Below, piece by piece: positions 28,536 to 37,088 of a stretch of 64,000 bases of DNA. The DNA is from Thermodesulfobacteriota bacterium (GTDB lineage: Bacteria; Desulfobacterota; Desulfobacteria; Desulfobacterales; SURF-7), in assembly GCA_049320885.1 (NCBI GenBank), contig JBMORA010000009.1:32001-96000 (forward strand). Direction: 5' to 3'. The translations under genes were made by a program, and so were the position numbers. The notes under the pieces were generated by a model. It was not told the origin of the DNA and made no database searches. It saw nothing but the letters and a program-made list of their open reading frames with translations. Positions within the stretch are counted from its first letter, which is position 1. Each line of letters starts with the position of its first letter.

Positions 28536-28579
28536 TCCGGATGATAACTTTTTCCTAGAAAACGTGTTAGATACAGCAG

Positions 28580-29176
28580 ATGAGCATGGATGCGGATGTC
28601 ATACAGATGCTGGAATTTCAGGCCGGCAACCAGCGCGCCTTCCAGGTTTTGTTTGACAAATACCGGAAAAGGATCATCCATTTTTGTTACCGGTTTTGCG
28701 GGGATCCGCTTCGGGCCGAAGAGCTGGCCCAGGAGGTGTTTTTGAACGTCTACAAGGGGGCTGCCGATTACCGGCCGACGGCCAAGTTTTCCACATGGCT
28801 GTTTCAGATCGCGACGCATGCCTGCCTGAACGAACTGCGCAATGCTGGGTACCGGCAACGGATCGATTCCCTGGATGCGCCGATGGTGACAAGTGACGGC
28901 GAAGCGCGGCCCCGGGAAATCCGCGATCTTTCCGGGCCGCCGGATGAGGTGTTGGAACAGCGGGAACGGGAGGCGCTGATCCAGCGAGCGCTTATGGAAT
29001 TGCCGGAAAAACAAAGAGCGGCCCTTTCGTTGCGGGTGTTGAACGGATTTTCCTATCAGGAAATCGGAAGTCAGATTCATTGTTCGGAAAATTCCGTAAA
29101 AACCCTGATCCATCGCGGCCGGCAACAGTTGAAGCGATTTTTTCAACAACTGGAACAGAGAGGCGACGCGGCATGA
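28580..29176 (+). CDS. ECF RNA polymerase sigma-70 factor
   Basis: AEELAQEVFL, FSTWLFQIA, LPEKQRAAL, FSYQEIG and VKTLIHRGR motifs. Confidence 0.95.
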   Translation: MSMDADVIQMLEFQAGNQRAFQVLFDKYRKRIIHFCYRFCGDPLRAEELAQEVFLNVYKGAADYRPTAKFSTWLFQIATHACLNELRNAGYRQRIDSLDAPMVTSDGEARPREIRDLSGPPDEVLEQREREALIQRALMELPEKQRAALSLRVLNGFSYQEIGSQIHCSENSVKTLIHRGRQQLKRFFQQLEQRGDAA

Positions 29177-29640
29177 CATGTCCGTATGATAAATGGCTAT
29201 CCCGGTATATGGACGGCGAGCTTTCGGAAGAGAAGAACACGCAAATCCGGATCCATATGAATACCTGCGATGCCTGCCGCAGGGAATTCGACGTGCTGGC
29301 GGGACTGGATGCCCGGCTTCGGTCGCTGCCTGAAATCGAACCATCGGAGGGGTTTGAGCGCGCATTTTGGAAGAAGGTGGCGGAATGGGAGGAAAGCCGC
29401 GCGAAACGAAAGGGCTGGGCGGTCTTTGGACGCTTCTGGTCACCGGTCCTGGCCGGCGCCCTGGCGATGGCGGTGGTCGTTTTGGGGATTCAGTTGTTCA
29501 GCCGGGGCACCCCCGTCCCATCATGGGAGGAGATGATGATGGCCGAGCAGATGGAGTTTCTGTTGGATTATGATCTCGTTCGCCACCTGGAAATGCTGGA
29601 AAACTGGGAGGCCATCAACCAGGTCGCCGAGTCGTCATGA
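29173..29640 (+). CDS. Zinc-finger (zf-HC2/ZAS) transmembrane anti-sigma factor
   Basis: LSRYMDGELS...HMNTCDAC, one TM helix, ATGA overlap with the sigma gene. Confidence 0.9.
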   Translation: MTCPYDKWLSRYMDGELSEEKNTQIRIHMNTCDACRREFDVLAGLDARLRSLPEIEPSEGFERAFWKKVAEWEESRAKRKGWAVFGRFWSPVLAGALAMAVVVLGIQLFSRGTPVPSWEEMMMAEQMEFLLDYDLVRHLEMLENWEAINQVAESS

Positions 29641-29867
29641 TGCGAATTCTGGCCTGGATCATGGGGTTGCTTTTATGGATCGGTACGCTCCGGGCGGGGG
29701 CGGAGGAAAAGACGGACCGGCAACCGGACGACATCAGCCGGGAAGACCTGGAAATCATCCGGGTCATGGAGACCCTGGAGCTGATGGAAATAGCGGACCA
29801 GATGGAGCTGCTCAACGATATGGAAATCGTGATCGATGAAGAAAGAAAGGAAAATGATGAAGAATAA
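29637..29867 (+). CDS. Small exported acidic protein
   Basis: ATGA overlap, signal peptide, D/E-rich mature region. Confidence 0.7.
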   Translation: MMRILAWIMGLLLWIGTLRAGAEEKTDRQPDDISREDLEIIRVMETLELMEIADQMELLNDMEIVIDEERKENDEE

Positions 29868-30369
29868 CTTCATTTTCTGGCTGTCGATCCTGCTGGGTCT
29901 CATGGCCGCCAATCTGCGGGCGGAAACCGCGGCTGTCGAAGCGGTGCCGCCGGCGGCGGTCGAAAAATGGCGTGACCTGACGGAGACGCAGAAAGAAACC
30001 TTGCGGGAGCGGTATAAAAAATGGGAATCCATGCCGGAGGAGGAGAAGGAGGCGCTGAAGCAGCGGATCCGCCGGTTCAAATCCCTGCCCGAGGAAGATC
30101 AGAAGCGGATCAAAGCCAATTTGGATCGGTATCGGAAATTATCTCCCGAGGCCCGGGCCGGATTGCAGCAGCGCTATAACCGCTGGAAAGCGTTGCCGCC
30201 GGCCCAAAAACGCCAGATAAAGGAAAATTATCAAAAATTCAAACGGATGAACATGGAACAGCGACGGCAGGTGTTCCAGCGCCTGCAGAAATGGAAAAGA
30301 ATGACTCCCTCCCAGCGGCAGGCGGTGCGCGAGAATATTCAGCAATACAGAAAGCGCCGGAGCCCATGA
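29854..30369 (+). CDS. DUF3106-like exported basic helical-repeat protein
   Basis: Signal peptide. Repeats W..L...Q/E...L..RY..W (KWRDLTETQKETLRERYKKW etc.). Confidence 0.8.
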   Translation: MMKNNFIFWLSILLGLMAANLRAETAAVEAVPPAAVEKWRDLTETQKETLRERYKKWESMPEEEKEALKQRIRRFKSLPEEDQKRIKANLDRYRKLSPEARAGLQQRYNRWKALPPAQKRQIKENYQKFKRMNMEQRRQVFQRLQKWKRMTPSQRQAVRENIQQYRKRRSP

Positions 30370-31526
30370 CAATAGCTGTTTGTTATGACGCCGTCATTGT
30401 CGGCGCCGGTCCCGCCGGCTCCTTGACGGCATACCATCTGGCCCGGAACGGACTGCGGGTCGTGATTCTCGAGAAAAAAAAACTGCCGCGCTACAAGCCG
30501 TGCGGCGGCGGACTGACCGCCCGCGCTTTGTCCAGCCTACCCTTCGGTATCGAGACCGTGATTGAAGATTATACCCGCCAGCCGAACCTGTTGTATCGCA
30601 ATCGGTTGGTTTTTCGGCAGGACCTGGACCGGCCGGCCATTGCCATGGTGATGCGCGACAGGTTCGACGCCTATCTTGCGGCCAAGGCGGTTGAGGCCGG
30701 CGCTGAGGTGAGGGACGCCACGGCGTTTCGTGCTGTTTCCGGAGGAGCCGGAAAGCTGTCCGTTCGAACCGATCGGGGTGATTGGAAAACAAGGATCATT
30801 GTCGGTGCCGACGGTGTCCACAGCCGGGTGGGACGCCAGCTGGGCTTGTGTCCGGAATATCGCACCATGACGGCGGTGGAAGGGGAGTGTTATTACGGGA
30901 AGGCGGACCTGCCGGTCCGGTACAGGGGTGCGGTGCATTTCGATTTCGGCGTTCTGCCGAAAGGGTATGGCTGGGTTTTTCCGAAACAGAACCACCTCAG
31001 CATCGGTGTCGTCACCCTGGGACGCCACCGGCAAAGCCTCTTCCAGGATTTCCATGCCTATCTGGAATTGAAAGGCCTTTCAGCGGGCGTCCGCGTCCAT
31101 CCACTGCGGGGGCATTTGATTCCCTTTGCGCCCCGGGGCGGCAACCTGTATGCCGACCGGCGGGGTCTCCTGGTGGGGGATGCGGCCGGTTTTACGGATC
31201 CCCTGACCGGCGAGGGTATTTATTATGCCGTCCGCGGCGCCGCCATTGCAGCGGAACATATCCGGAAAGCCCTTGACAACGGTTATGATCAGCTGCCATC
31301 GTATACCTCCGCCATCCAGCAGGCGTTCGCGCCGGATTTGATCCGCGCCGAGCGCATGTCACGGTTTATCTATCATTGCCCGAAAATGACAAAAATTCTG
31401 CTCCACCATAAGGGCGATATCATCGGCCGCTGTCAGCTCGACATCATTACGGGCCGGAAGACCTATCGCCAGCTGTTTCGGCAGATCCTGAGCTTTTGGC
31501 GCCGGGAGTGGTGGCAGCTGGTTTGA
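30366..31526 (+). CDS. Geranylgeranyl reductase family FAD-dependent oxidoreductase
   Basis: VGAGPAG, PRYKPCGGG, RDRFD, GADG, GYGWVFPK and GDAAG..DPLTGEGI motifs. Confidence 0.92.
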   Translation: MTIAVCYDAVIVGAGPAGSLTAYHLARNGLRVVILEKKKLPRYKPCGGGLTARALSSLPFGIETVIEDYTRQPNLLYRNRLVFRQDLDRPAIAMVMRDRFDAYLAAKAVEAGAEVRDATAFRAVSGGAGKLSVRTDRGDWKTRIIVGADGVHSRVGRQLGLCPEYRTMTAVEGECYYGKADLPVRYRGAVHFDFGVLPKGYGWVFPKQNHLSIGVVTLGRHRQSLFQDFHAYLELKGLSAGVRVHPLRGHLIPFAPRGGNLYADRRGLLVGDAAGFTDPLTGEGIYYAVRGAAIAAEHIRKALDNGYDQLPSYTSAIQQAFAPDLIRAERMSRFIYHCPKMTKILLHHKGDIIGRCQLDIITGRKTYRQLFRQILSFWRREWWQLV

Positions 31527-31647
31527 CAACATGTAAAAATTTCCGTCGCGTCCCCGTCCGGCCAGCTTCTCATCCCTGATAAGCGCCCGGCGGAACAATC
31601 ACTTTTTGTTCCAATGCCTTGAAAGGCGGCCGGGACATTTTGGACAT

Positions 31648-31663
31648 TGGCATATTCATTGCT
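31648..31663 (+). promoter_or_regulatory. Sigma-54 promoter upstream of the FrhB-like gene
   Basis: TGGCATATTCATTGCT with GG-N10-GC spacing, 75 bp upstream of ATG 31738. Confidence 0.7.
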
Positions 31664-31737
31664 CCTTGATTTCAGCAGCAACAGCGTCTTCGCATTTTCA
31701 GAATCAGAAACCATCGGGTGAAAAAGCGGAGCATGCC

Positions 31738-32850
31738 ATGAAAACATTTCTCAACCTGATCCAGGAAGTGCTGGATCCGGGATGTTGTCATCGCTGCGGC
31801 GGCTGCGTGGCGTTTTGCGCGGCCGTCAATTTCGGCGCCCTGGCGATGGGGGAAGATGGAATCCCTTTCTACAAGGATAAGGATAAATGCATTGAATGCG
31901 GTTTCTGCTACAGGATTTGCCCGGAGATCGATGCACTCAGGGAAGAAACCCGGCAGCGGATTTCCTGGAGCCCGCCCCTGGGACGGATCCTGGATGTGAC
32001 GGTAGCCCGGGCCAGGGACGCCGGTCTCCGCGTTCACGCCGGGGGCGGAGGGGTCGTTACGGCGCTTTTATTGCATCTGTTCGATATCGGCCGTATCGAC
32101 GGCGCCATCGTCACAAAGGTGGTTGCGCCCTTTACCTGCAAGCCCTGGCTGGCCAGAACACGACAGGAAATCATCGAGGCCGGTGGATTTCATTTCGACG
32201 CTTCGCCCGGCGTGTCGCTTTTCGGGGAAAAATATGCCAGCTATCCGCCGTATCTGGAATTGATCGCGCCCATGGCCAAACAGAATCTGCGGCGGATAGC
32301 GTTTGTCGGCCGTCCTTGTCAGATTGAAACCTTGCGCCGGATGGAAACCCTCGGTGTTGTGCCTTCGGAAGCCATCAAGTACTATATCGGTCTTTTTTGC
32401 ATGGGGAATTTCCGGTTCGGGGCGGATGAGCAGGAGAGGCTGGAGAACATCGGAGGATTCAACTGGGCGGATGTGCGGAAAATCAATTTCAAGGAGGGAC
32501 TCCAGATTCATCTGAACAACAGAGAAGTAAGGGTGATTGACATCCACCAGCTGAATTTCATGAAACGGTATGCGTGCCTGCATTGCGGTGATTATGCCGC
32601 CGAGTTTGCCGACATCTCCTGCGGCGGCATGGGGTCGGCCGAGGGCTGGACCAGCGTCATCATCCGGACCGCCGTGGGCAGAGCGATTGTCGCCGATGCG
32701 GCCGAGGGTGAACTGGAACTGTTCAGCCAATCGAAAAATCAGGAGGTGGCGCACCGGGCGTTGAGTAAAATCCGCGTCATGTCCGACAGAAAGAAAAATA
32801 TGGCCAGGCAGAATCGGATGGAGCTGCTGGAAAAACCAACAGCAGAGTAA
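31738..32850 (+). CDS. Coenzyme F420 hydrogenase/dehydrogenase beta-subunit (FrhB/FdhB) family protein with N-terminal 2x[4Fe-4S]
   Basis: CHRCGGCVAFC and CIECGFCYRICP ferredoxin motifs. GGVVTALL, VGRPCQI, IGLFC, CLHCGDY...ADISCG and GWTSVIIRT motifs. Confidence 0.9.
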   Translation: MKTFLNLIQEVLDPGCCHRCGGCVAFCAAVNFGALAMGEDGIPFYKDKDKCIECGFCYRICPEIDALREETRQRISWSPPLGRILDVTVARARDAGLRVHAGGGGVVTALLLHLFDIGRIDGAIVTKVVAPFTCKPWLARTRQEIIEAGGFHFDASPGVSLFGEKYASYPPYLELIAPMAKQNLRRIAFVGRPCQIETLRRMETLGVVPSEAIKYYIGLFCMGNFRFGADEQERLENIGGFNWADVRKINFKEGLQIHLNNREVRVIDIHQLNFMKRYACLHCGDYAAEFADISCGGMGSAEGWTSVIIRTAVGRAIVADAAEGELELFSQSKNQEVAHRALSKIRVMSDRKKNMARQNRMELLEKPTAE

Positions 32851-32857
32851 TAGGGAA

Positions 32858-33481
32858 TCACCCCCAGCGCTTGAGAATGAACTGTCTGCTTTCCAGGTAT
32901 TCCATCATGACCTCGACACACTGGGTCACCGTCAGCTCGTCGGTTCGCAGATGAATTTCCGGTTTCTCCGGAGGCTCATAAGGCGCGCTGATCCCCGTGA
33001 ATTGAGGAATGGCTCCCGTGCGGGCCATTTGATACATTCCTTTGGGATCCCGCTTTTCACATTCCTCCAGCGGGCAATCCACAAACACTTCGATAAAGGA
33101 ACCGTCGCCCTTACTCAGCGCGCGCGCCATGTTGCGATCTGAAATATAGGGCGAGATAAATGCGACCATATTGATCATCCCGGCATCGCGGAGAAGACCA
33201 GCGACTTCGCCGATACGACGGATGTTCTCTTCCCGGTCGGTGGGCGAGAAACCAAGATCCTTGTTCAACCCATGCCGGATGTTGTCACCATCCAGAATAT
33301 AGGTGTGGCAACGGCGGGCATGCAGAACGCTTTCCAGGGCGACCGCCAGGGTGGATTTTCCGGAGGCCGGCAAACCCGTGAACCAGAGGGTGAAACCCCG
33401 ATGTCCGTTCAGGCGCTCCCGATCGGCACGATGAATCTGGCCCATGTGCCAATGTACATTCGTCGACGAAATACCGTTCAT
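32858..33481 (-). CDS. cysC: Adenylyl-sulfate (APS) kinase
   Basis: WFTGLPASGKST, LDGDNIRHGL, DREENIRR, RDPKGMY and FTGISAPYE motifs. Confidence 0.96.
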   Translation of the reverse strand: MNGISSTNVHWHMGQIHRADRERLNGHRGFTLWFTGLPASGKSTLAVALESVLHARRCHTYILDGDNIRHGLNKDLGFSPTDREENIRRIGEVAGLLRDAGMINMVAFISPYISDRNMARALSKGDGSFIEVFVDCPLEECEKRDPKGMYQMARTGAIPQFTGISAPYEPPEKPEIHLRTDELTVTQCVEVMMEYLESRQFILKRWG

Positions 33482-33607
33482 GGCTGGTGCCTCCATTTGC
33501 TGATGGTTATGACGCCCACAGACCGACTGTTTTTTTCGCTCCGCGGCGATATCTGTCGGTATCGCAGGCGTAAGCATGATGGTTTTTGATTTGTCTGCAA
33601 CCAATCC

Positions 33608-33623
33608 TGCAATAGCGATGCCA
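33608..33623 (-). promoter_or_regulatory. Sigma-54 promoter upstream of cysC
   Basis: Minus strand reads TGGCATCGCTATTGCA, a consensus match. Confidence 0.7.
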
Positions 33624-33870
33624 TCTTCAATAGGAGGGCCGGTCGCGGCAGGGTACTGTAACTGATTTCATTTTCAATCGCCGGATCCGGCCGGCTGTTC
33701 GGCCGGAGGCATCCAACCTGTCGGACATTTTTACGATATGTCAAGATCAGCTCCTGCTGCCATGTAAAAAAATCCGATCACCCCGGGCATCCGACGAGGA
33801 TGCCGGATTGATAATGACAATAAATATTTTGAATCCAGCAAGATAAAACCGCGGGCGGCAGTATTTTTGC

Positions 33871-33886
33871 TGGCATTGTATTTGCT
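33871..33886 (+). promoter_or_regulatory. Sigma-54 promoter upstream of the GAF histidine kinase
   Basis: TGGCATTGTATTTGCT. A second GG-N10-GC (CGGCAGTATTTTTGCT) abuts it at 33856-33871. Confidence 0.65.
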
Positions 33887-34015
33887 AATGTTTCCGTCTA
33901 GCACAATTGCCGGCTGCCGCGGATGACATCCTTGCGCGTCATCGTCGTTCAACCTGCTGAAGTCTCAGCGGTTGACCCGGTTCGCTGTTTTCAGGATAAT
34001 TAAAGGAGCTCCGTG

Positions 34016-35857
34016 ATGCAGTCGGGGTATGAACTTATTCAAAAGCAGTTCTTTTTTCGCAAAGAACTGATGGAGCGGGTCGGCTGGTTCATCCGCCTGC
34101 GCTGGCTGTTCATTGTTGCCGGGGTTTTGGGCAGTGTGGGCGGCCATTTTTTTTGGCCGCCGATTCCGCTCCGTTGTTTGTTGAGTATCTTTCTGTTTAT
34201 CGCGGGATACAATCTTATTTTTTTCCTGTTGTATTTGGGATTGAACACCTGCCGGCCGACGGATGAAAAGGCCTATGTTCTTTTTGCAAACTGCCAGATC
34301 GGTTTTGATCTGTTGGCGCTGGGATGGATGATCCATTTCACCGGAGGAATTCACAGCCCGTTTCTGTTTTTCATCCTTCTGCATGTGATCATTGCCGGCA
34401 TTCTATTGTCTCCCGCCAGCTGTTTCATCTATGGCCTGATGATCCTGACGGTCCTTGGTCTGATCATTTATTTTCAATATATCGGCGTATTAGCTGTTCA
34501 GCCGGTTCTGTTTCACAATACCCTTGCGTCACCGAGGCCGGAGATGCCCCAGACCCTTTTTTTGTTCGCCATCGACGCTGCGTTGGTGTTGATCACGGCG
34601 GCCTTGACGACTTCCATCAAGATCGGGCTGAGAATCAAGGGCCGGGAACTGCTGATCGCTTCCAGGGACCTGGAGGCCAACAACCGCAAGCTCAATGCCC
34701 TGTATGAGATGGTGAAAGACATGGGATCGCGCACCGGACTCCAGGAATTGATGGATTCGGCCACGCGTAACGGCGTTAGGATCATGGGTGTCAAGGCCTG
34801 TGCCATCAAACTCCTGGATGACCAGCGGAAAAAGCTTCGCTTTGCCTCGGTGTACGGTCTGAGTGGTGATTATATCGCCAAGGGGGCGGTGGATGTTGAG
34901 AAGAGCGTCATCAATCGAAAAATCATCGAGGGGCAGGTGGTTGCCGTGGGTCGGATCCAGGAGCAGGACCAATTTCAGTATCCCGAGGACATCCAGAAAG
35001 AAGGGATTGCCTCCATGGTTTGCCTGCCGCTGCGGGTGGAAAAGATGATCTTTGGCGTGTTCTGCGTGTACAGCGATGTGTCCGATGCCTTTGCGGAAAG
35101 CGATATCCGCTTTTTCACCCTGATGTCCGATCTGACGGCGCTGGCCATCGAGAATCTGAGAAGCGAACTGAACAAAACCTGGTTTTTTCAGAAAACGGCC
35201 CATCAGCTGCGGTCTCCCATGAATGCGGTTCACAGCATGCTCAGGACCCTGCGCAAGAGCTCTCCGGGAAATGGCGATTTTCAACGGGAAGAAACCATTG
35301 CTCGATGCGAGAAACGGCTTGAGGTGCTCGGAACCATGGTCGGCGATTTGCTGGGTCTCGGAATCCACCGGGCAGGAAGCGATCCGAAAAAATTTCATCC
35401 GGTACATATCGGCCAAGTGGTGGAACGCTTGCTTCCCATGTATCGGACCCAGGCGGGAGAAAAAGGGATCGCCATCGAATATGCGATTCAGGAACCGTTG
35501 CCGGCCGTGATGGGCGATGACTCGCTGTTTGAGGATTTGTTCGGCAATCTGATATCAAACGCCGTTAAATATACTTCCAGGGGCGGCTTGATCGATATTG
35601 CCATTCGCACCGAAGGCTCCGGCCGAATCCGTTGGGACATCCAGGATACCGGCATCGGCATTCCGGATGAGGAGCTCCCTCACCTGTTTACGGAGTTTTT
35701 CCGGGGGCAGAACGCCAAGGCCGTCACCGAAGAAGGCACCGGTCTGGGCCTCGTGATTGTGAAAGAAATTCTGGATCAATTGAACGGGACCATTCAGGTC
35801 ACCAGTACCGTCGGCAAGGGCACCTGTATGACCCTGCGGCTGCCCGCCGTGCAATAG
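34016..35857 (+). CDS. Membrane-bound GAF-domain sensor histidine kinase
   Basis: About 6 TM helices, GAF domain (SMVCLPL), H-box AHQLRSP, N-box NLISNAVKY, and DTGIGI and GTGLGL G-boxes. Confidence 0.93.
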   Translation: MQSGYELIQKQFFFRKELMERVGWFIRLRWLFIVAGVLGSVGGHFFWPPIPLRCLLSIFLFIAGYNLIFFLLYLGLNTCRPTDEKAYVLFANCQIGFDLLALGWMIHFTGGIHSPFLFFILLHVIIAGILLSPASCFIYGLMILTVLGLIIYFQYIGVLAVQPVLFHNTLASPRPEMPQTLFLFAIDAALVLITAALTTSIKIGLRIKGRELLIASRDLEANNRKLNALYEMVKDMGSRTGLQELMDSATRNGVRIMGVKACAIKLLDDQRKKLRFASVYGLSGDYIAKGAVDVEKSVINRKIIEGQVVAVGRIQEQDQFQYPEDIQKEGIASMVCLPLRVEKMIFGVFCVYSDVSDAFAESDIRFFTLMSDLTALAIENLRSELNKTWFFQKTAHQLRSPMNAVHSMLRTLRKSSPGNGDFQREETIARCEKRLEVLGTMVGDLLGLGIHRAGSDPKKFHPVHIGQVVERLLPMYRTQAGEKGIAIEYAIQEPLPAVMGDDSLFEDLFGNLISNAVKYTSRGGLIDIAIRTEGSGRIRWDIQDTGIGIPDEELPHLFTEFFRGQNAKAVTEEGTGLGLVIVKEILDQLNGTIQVTSTVGKGTCMTLRLPAVQ

Positions 35858-35897
35858 GTGCATGATGGGGGCTGGGAATTCCGCCGCTGCCGCCGGG

Positions 35898-36419
35898 TCA
35901 CCTGGAGTTGCGGGAATGGGTTTTGCGCCAGTCGCGTGGTGAGGTGTACTGGCCGGGAGAAAGGGACCAGATTCCGCGCCTGGCGTGGCTGGCTTCCCGC
36001 TCGGCAGCCTGATAGGGACCGAGGTCGAATCCCCGGGGCGGCCTGCCGCGGTAGACTTCGGCCAGCCCCCCGCGCACCAGTTCAAGGTTAACGATGTTGC
36101 CGGCGATGGAAACGACCGCCAACTGGCGGTTATAGGGTTCGATTCCATATCCATCCAGGACGACTTTCTGGTTCAACACCATCCGGGAAAGAAATTGACG
36201 GGCCTTTTCACCATAGGGCTGACCGGGGTTGCGTTTGCCCTTGCCGGTTTCGGGTGCGTCGATGCCCGCCAGCCGGACCTTGATTTCAACTCCATAGCCT
36301 TCCGCTTTCAGGGTGTCTCCGTCGTAGACCCGAATGACTGTCCATTCCGCGGCCGACGCCTGGACCGAAAACCAACCGCAAATCAAGAACAGCCATACTG
36401 CGACAGATCGTACCGACAA
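35898..36419 (-). CDS. Thermonuclease (SNase-like) family secreted nuclease
   Basis: Signal peptide. VYDGDT, VRLAGIDAPE, GQPYG, NLELVRGGLA and RRGIWS motifs. Confidence 0.92.
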   Translation of the reverse strand: MSVRSVAVWLFLICGWFSVQASAAEWTVIRVYDGDTLKAEGYGVEIKVRLAGIDAPETGKGKRNPGQPYGEKARQFLSRMVLNQKVVLDGYGIEPYNRQLAVVSIAGNIVNLELVRGGLAEVYRGRPPRGFDLGPYQAAEREASHARRGIWSLSPGQYTSPRDWRKTHSRNSR

Positions 36420-36711
36420 CGAAAAAACTCCCGAATAACTTTAAAAAAACCATCCGGCGGACTTTCCCGGAATTCGCCTCGTCTATCGGAAAAGAGCGGG
36501 CCTGTCAAGCCCCGCAACGGCGTGAAGGGATTGGTATCGCGCAGAGGCGCAGGGCCGCAGGGAACAGAAAAAAGCAAGTGAGAATCGGGTACCGAAGCTT
36601 TGCGGAGCGATTGATGTGCAGGGAAGGGGGGTATGGTAGTTTTTGGGTACGAAAACAAAATCACTTGTAAAGACAAAATATATTGTGTAAACGGATAGGT
36701 ACAACCAAGAG

Positions 36712-36936
36712 ATGATGATGAAGGCAGAATTCACAGCAATTATAGAAGCCGCGCCTGAGGGGGGGGGCTGGGCTATTTGTCCAGAAGTGCCTGGCGCCAA
36801 CGGACAGGGCGAGACCATAGAGGAAACCAAGGATAATCTTCGACAGGCGATTTAGTAGATCTTGGAGAATCGTAAGGCCGACATTTTGAGAGGGTTGCCC
36901 GATGATGCCATACAAGACACGGTGATGATCGGATGA
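36712..36936 (+). pseudogene. hicB: HicB-family antitoxin pseudogene (two in-frame TAG)
   Basis: MKAEFTAIIEAAPEGGGWAICPEVPGANGQGETIEETKDNLRQAI-TAG-TAG-ILENRKADILRGLPDDAIQDTVMIG*. The stops are at 36853-36858. Confidence 0.85.
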
Positions 36937-36956
36937 AACGGCGAGATTTGGAACGA
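36933..36956 (+). pseudogene. HicA-like toxin 5' remnant (about 8 codons)
   Basis: ATGA overlap with hicB. MKRRDLER is a typical HicA start, and similarity is lost just before the attC site. Confidence 0.55.
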
Positions 36957-36971
36957 ATGGAAATTTTTACC

Positions 36972-37072
36972 CCCCAACCAGTCGCTCCAACCAACGGCAG
37001 GAGCCGTTCGCGTCGGAGTGAAATTTGAGCGAAAATGGCGGCTCCTGCCCTTGGCTGAGCTTAGTGTTCGGC
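36972..37072 (+). mobile_element. Integron attC recombination site
   Basis: R'' CCCCAAC ... R' GTTCGGC. Imperfect inverted repeat GCTCCAACCAACGGCAGGAGCCG / CGGCTCCTGCCCTTGGCTGAGC with an unpaired C in the L'' arm. About 100 bp. Confidence 0.8.
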
Positions 37073-37088
37073 GAGGAAGATAACACCC

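Noticed and set aside
36536..36566. CGCAGAGGCGCAGGGCCGCAGGG short repeat resembling small intergenic repeat elements
   Set aside because: It is a single short copy in the window with no partner arm, so it cannot be supported as a repeat family without a genome-wide search.
36853..36858. Tandem TAG codons in hicB as possible pyrrolysine/amber read-through
   Set aside because: No pyl genes are in the window, the partner toxin is truncated, and other genes here use TAG as a stop. Simple pseudogenisation is more parsimonious.
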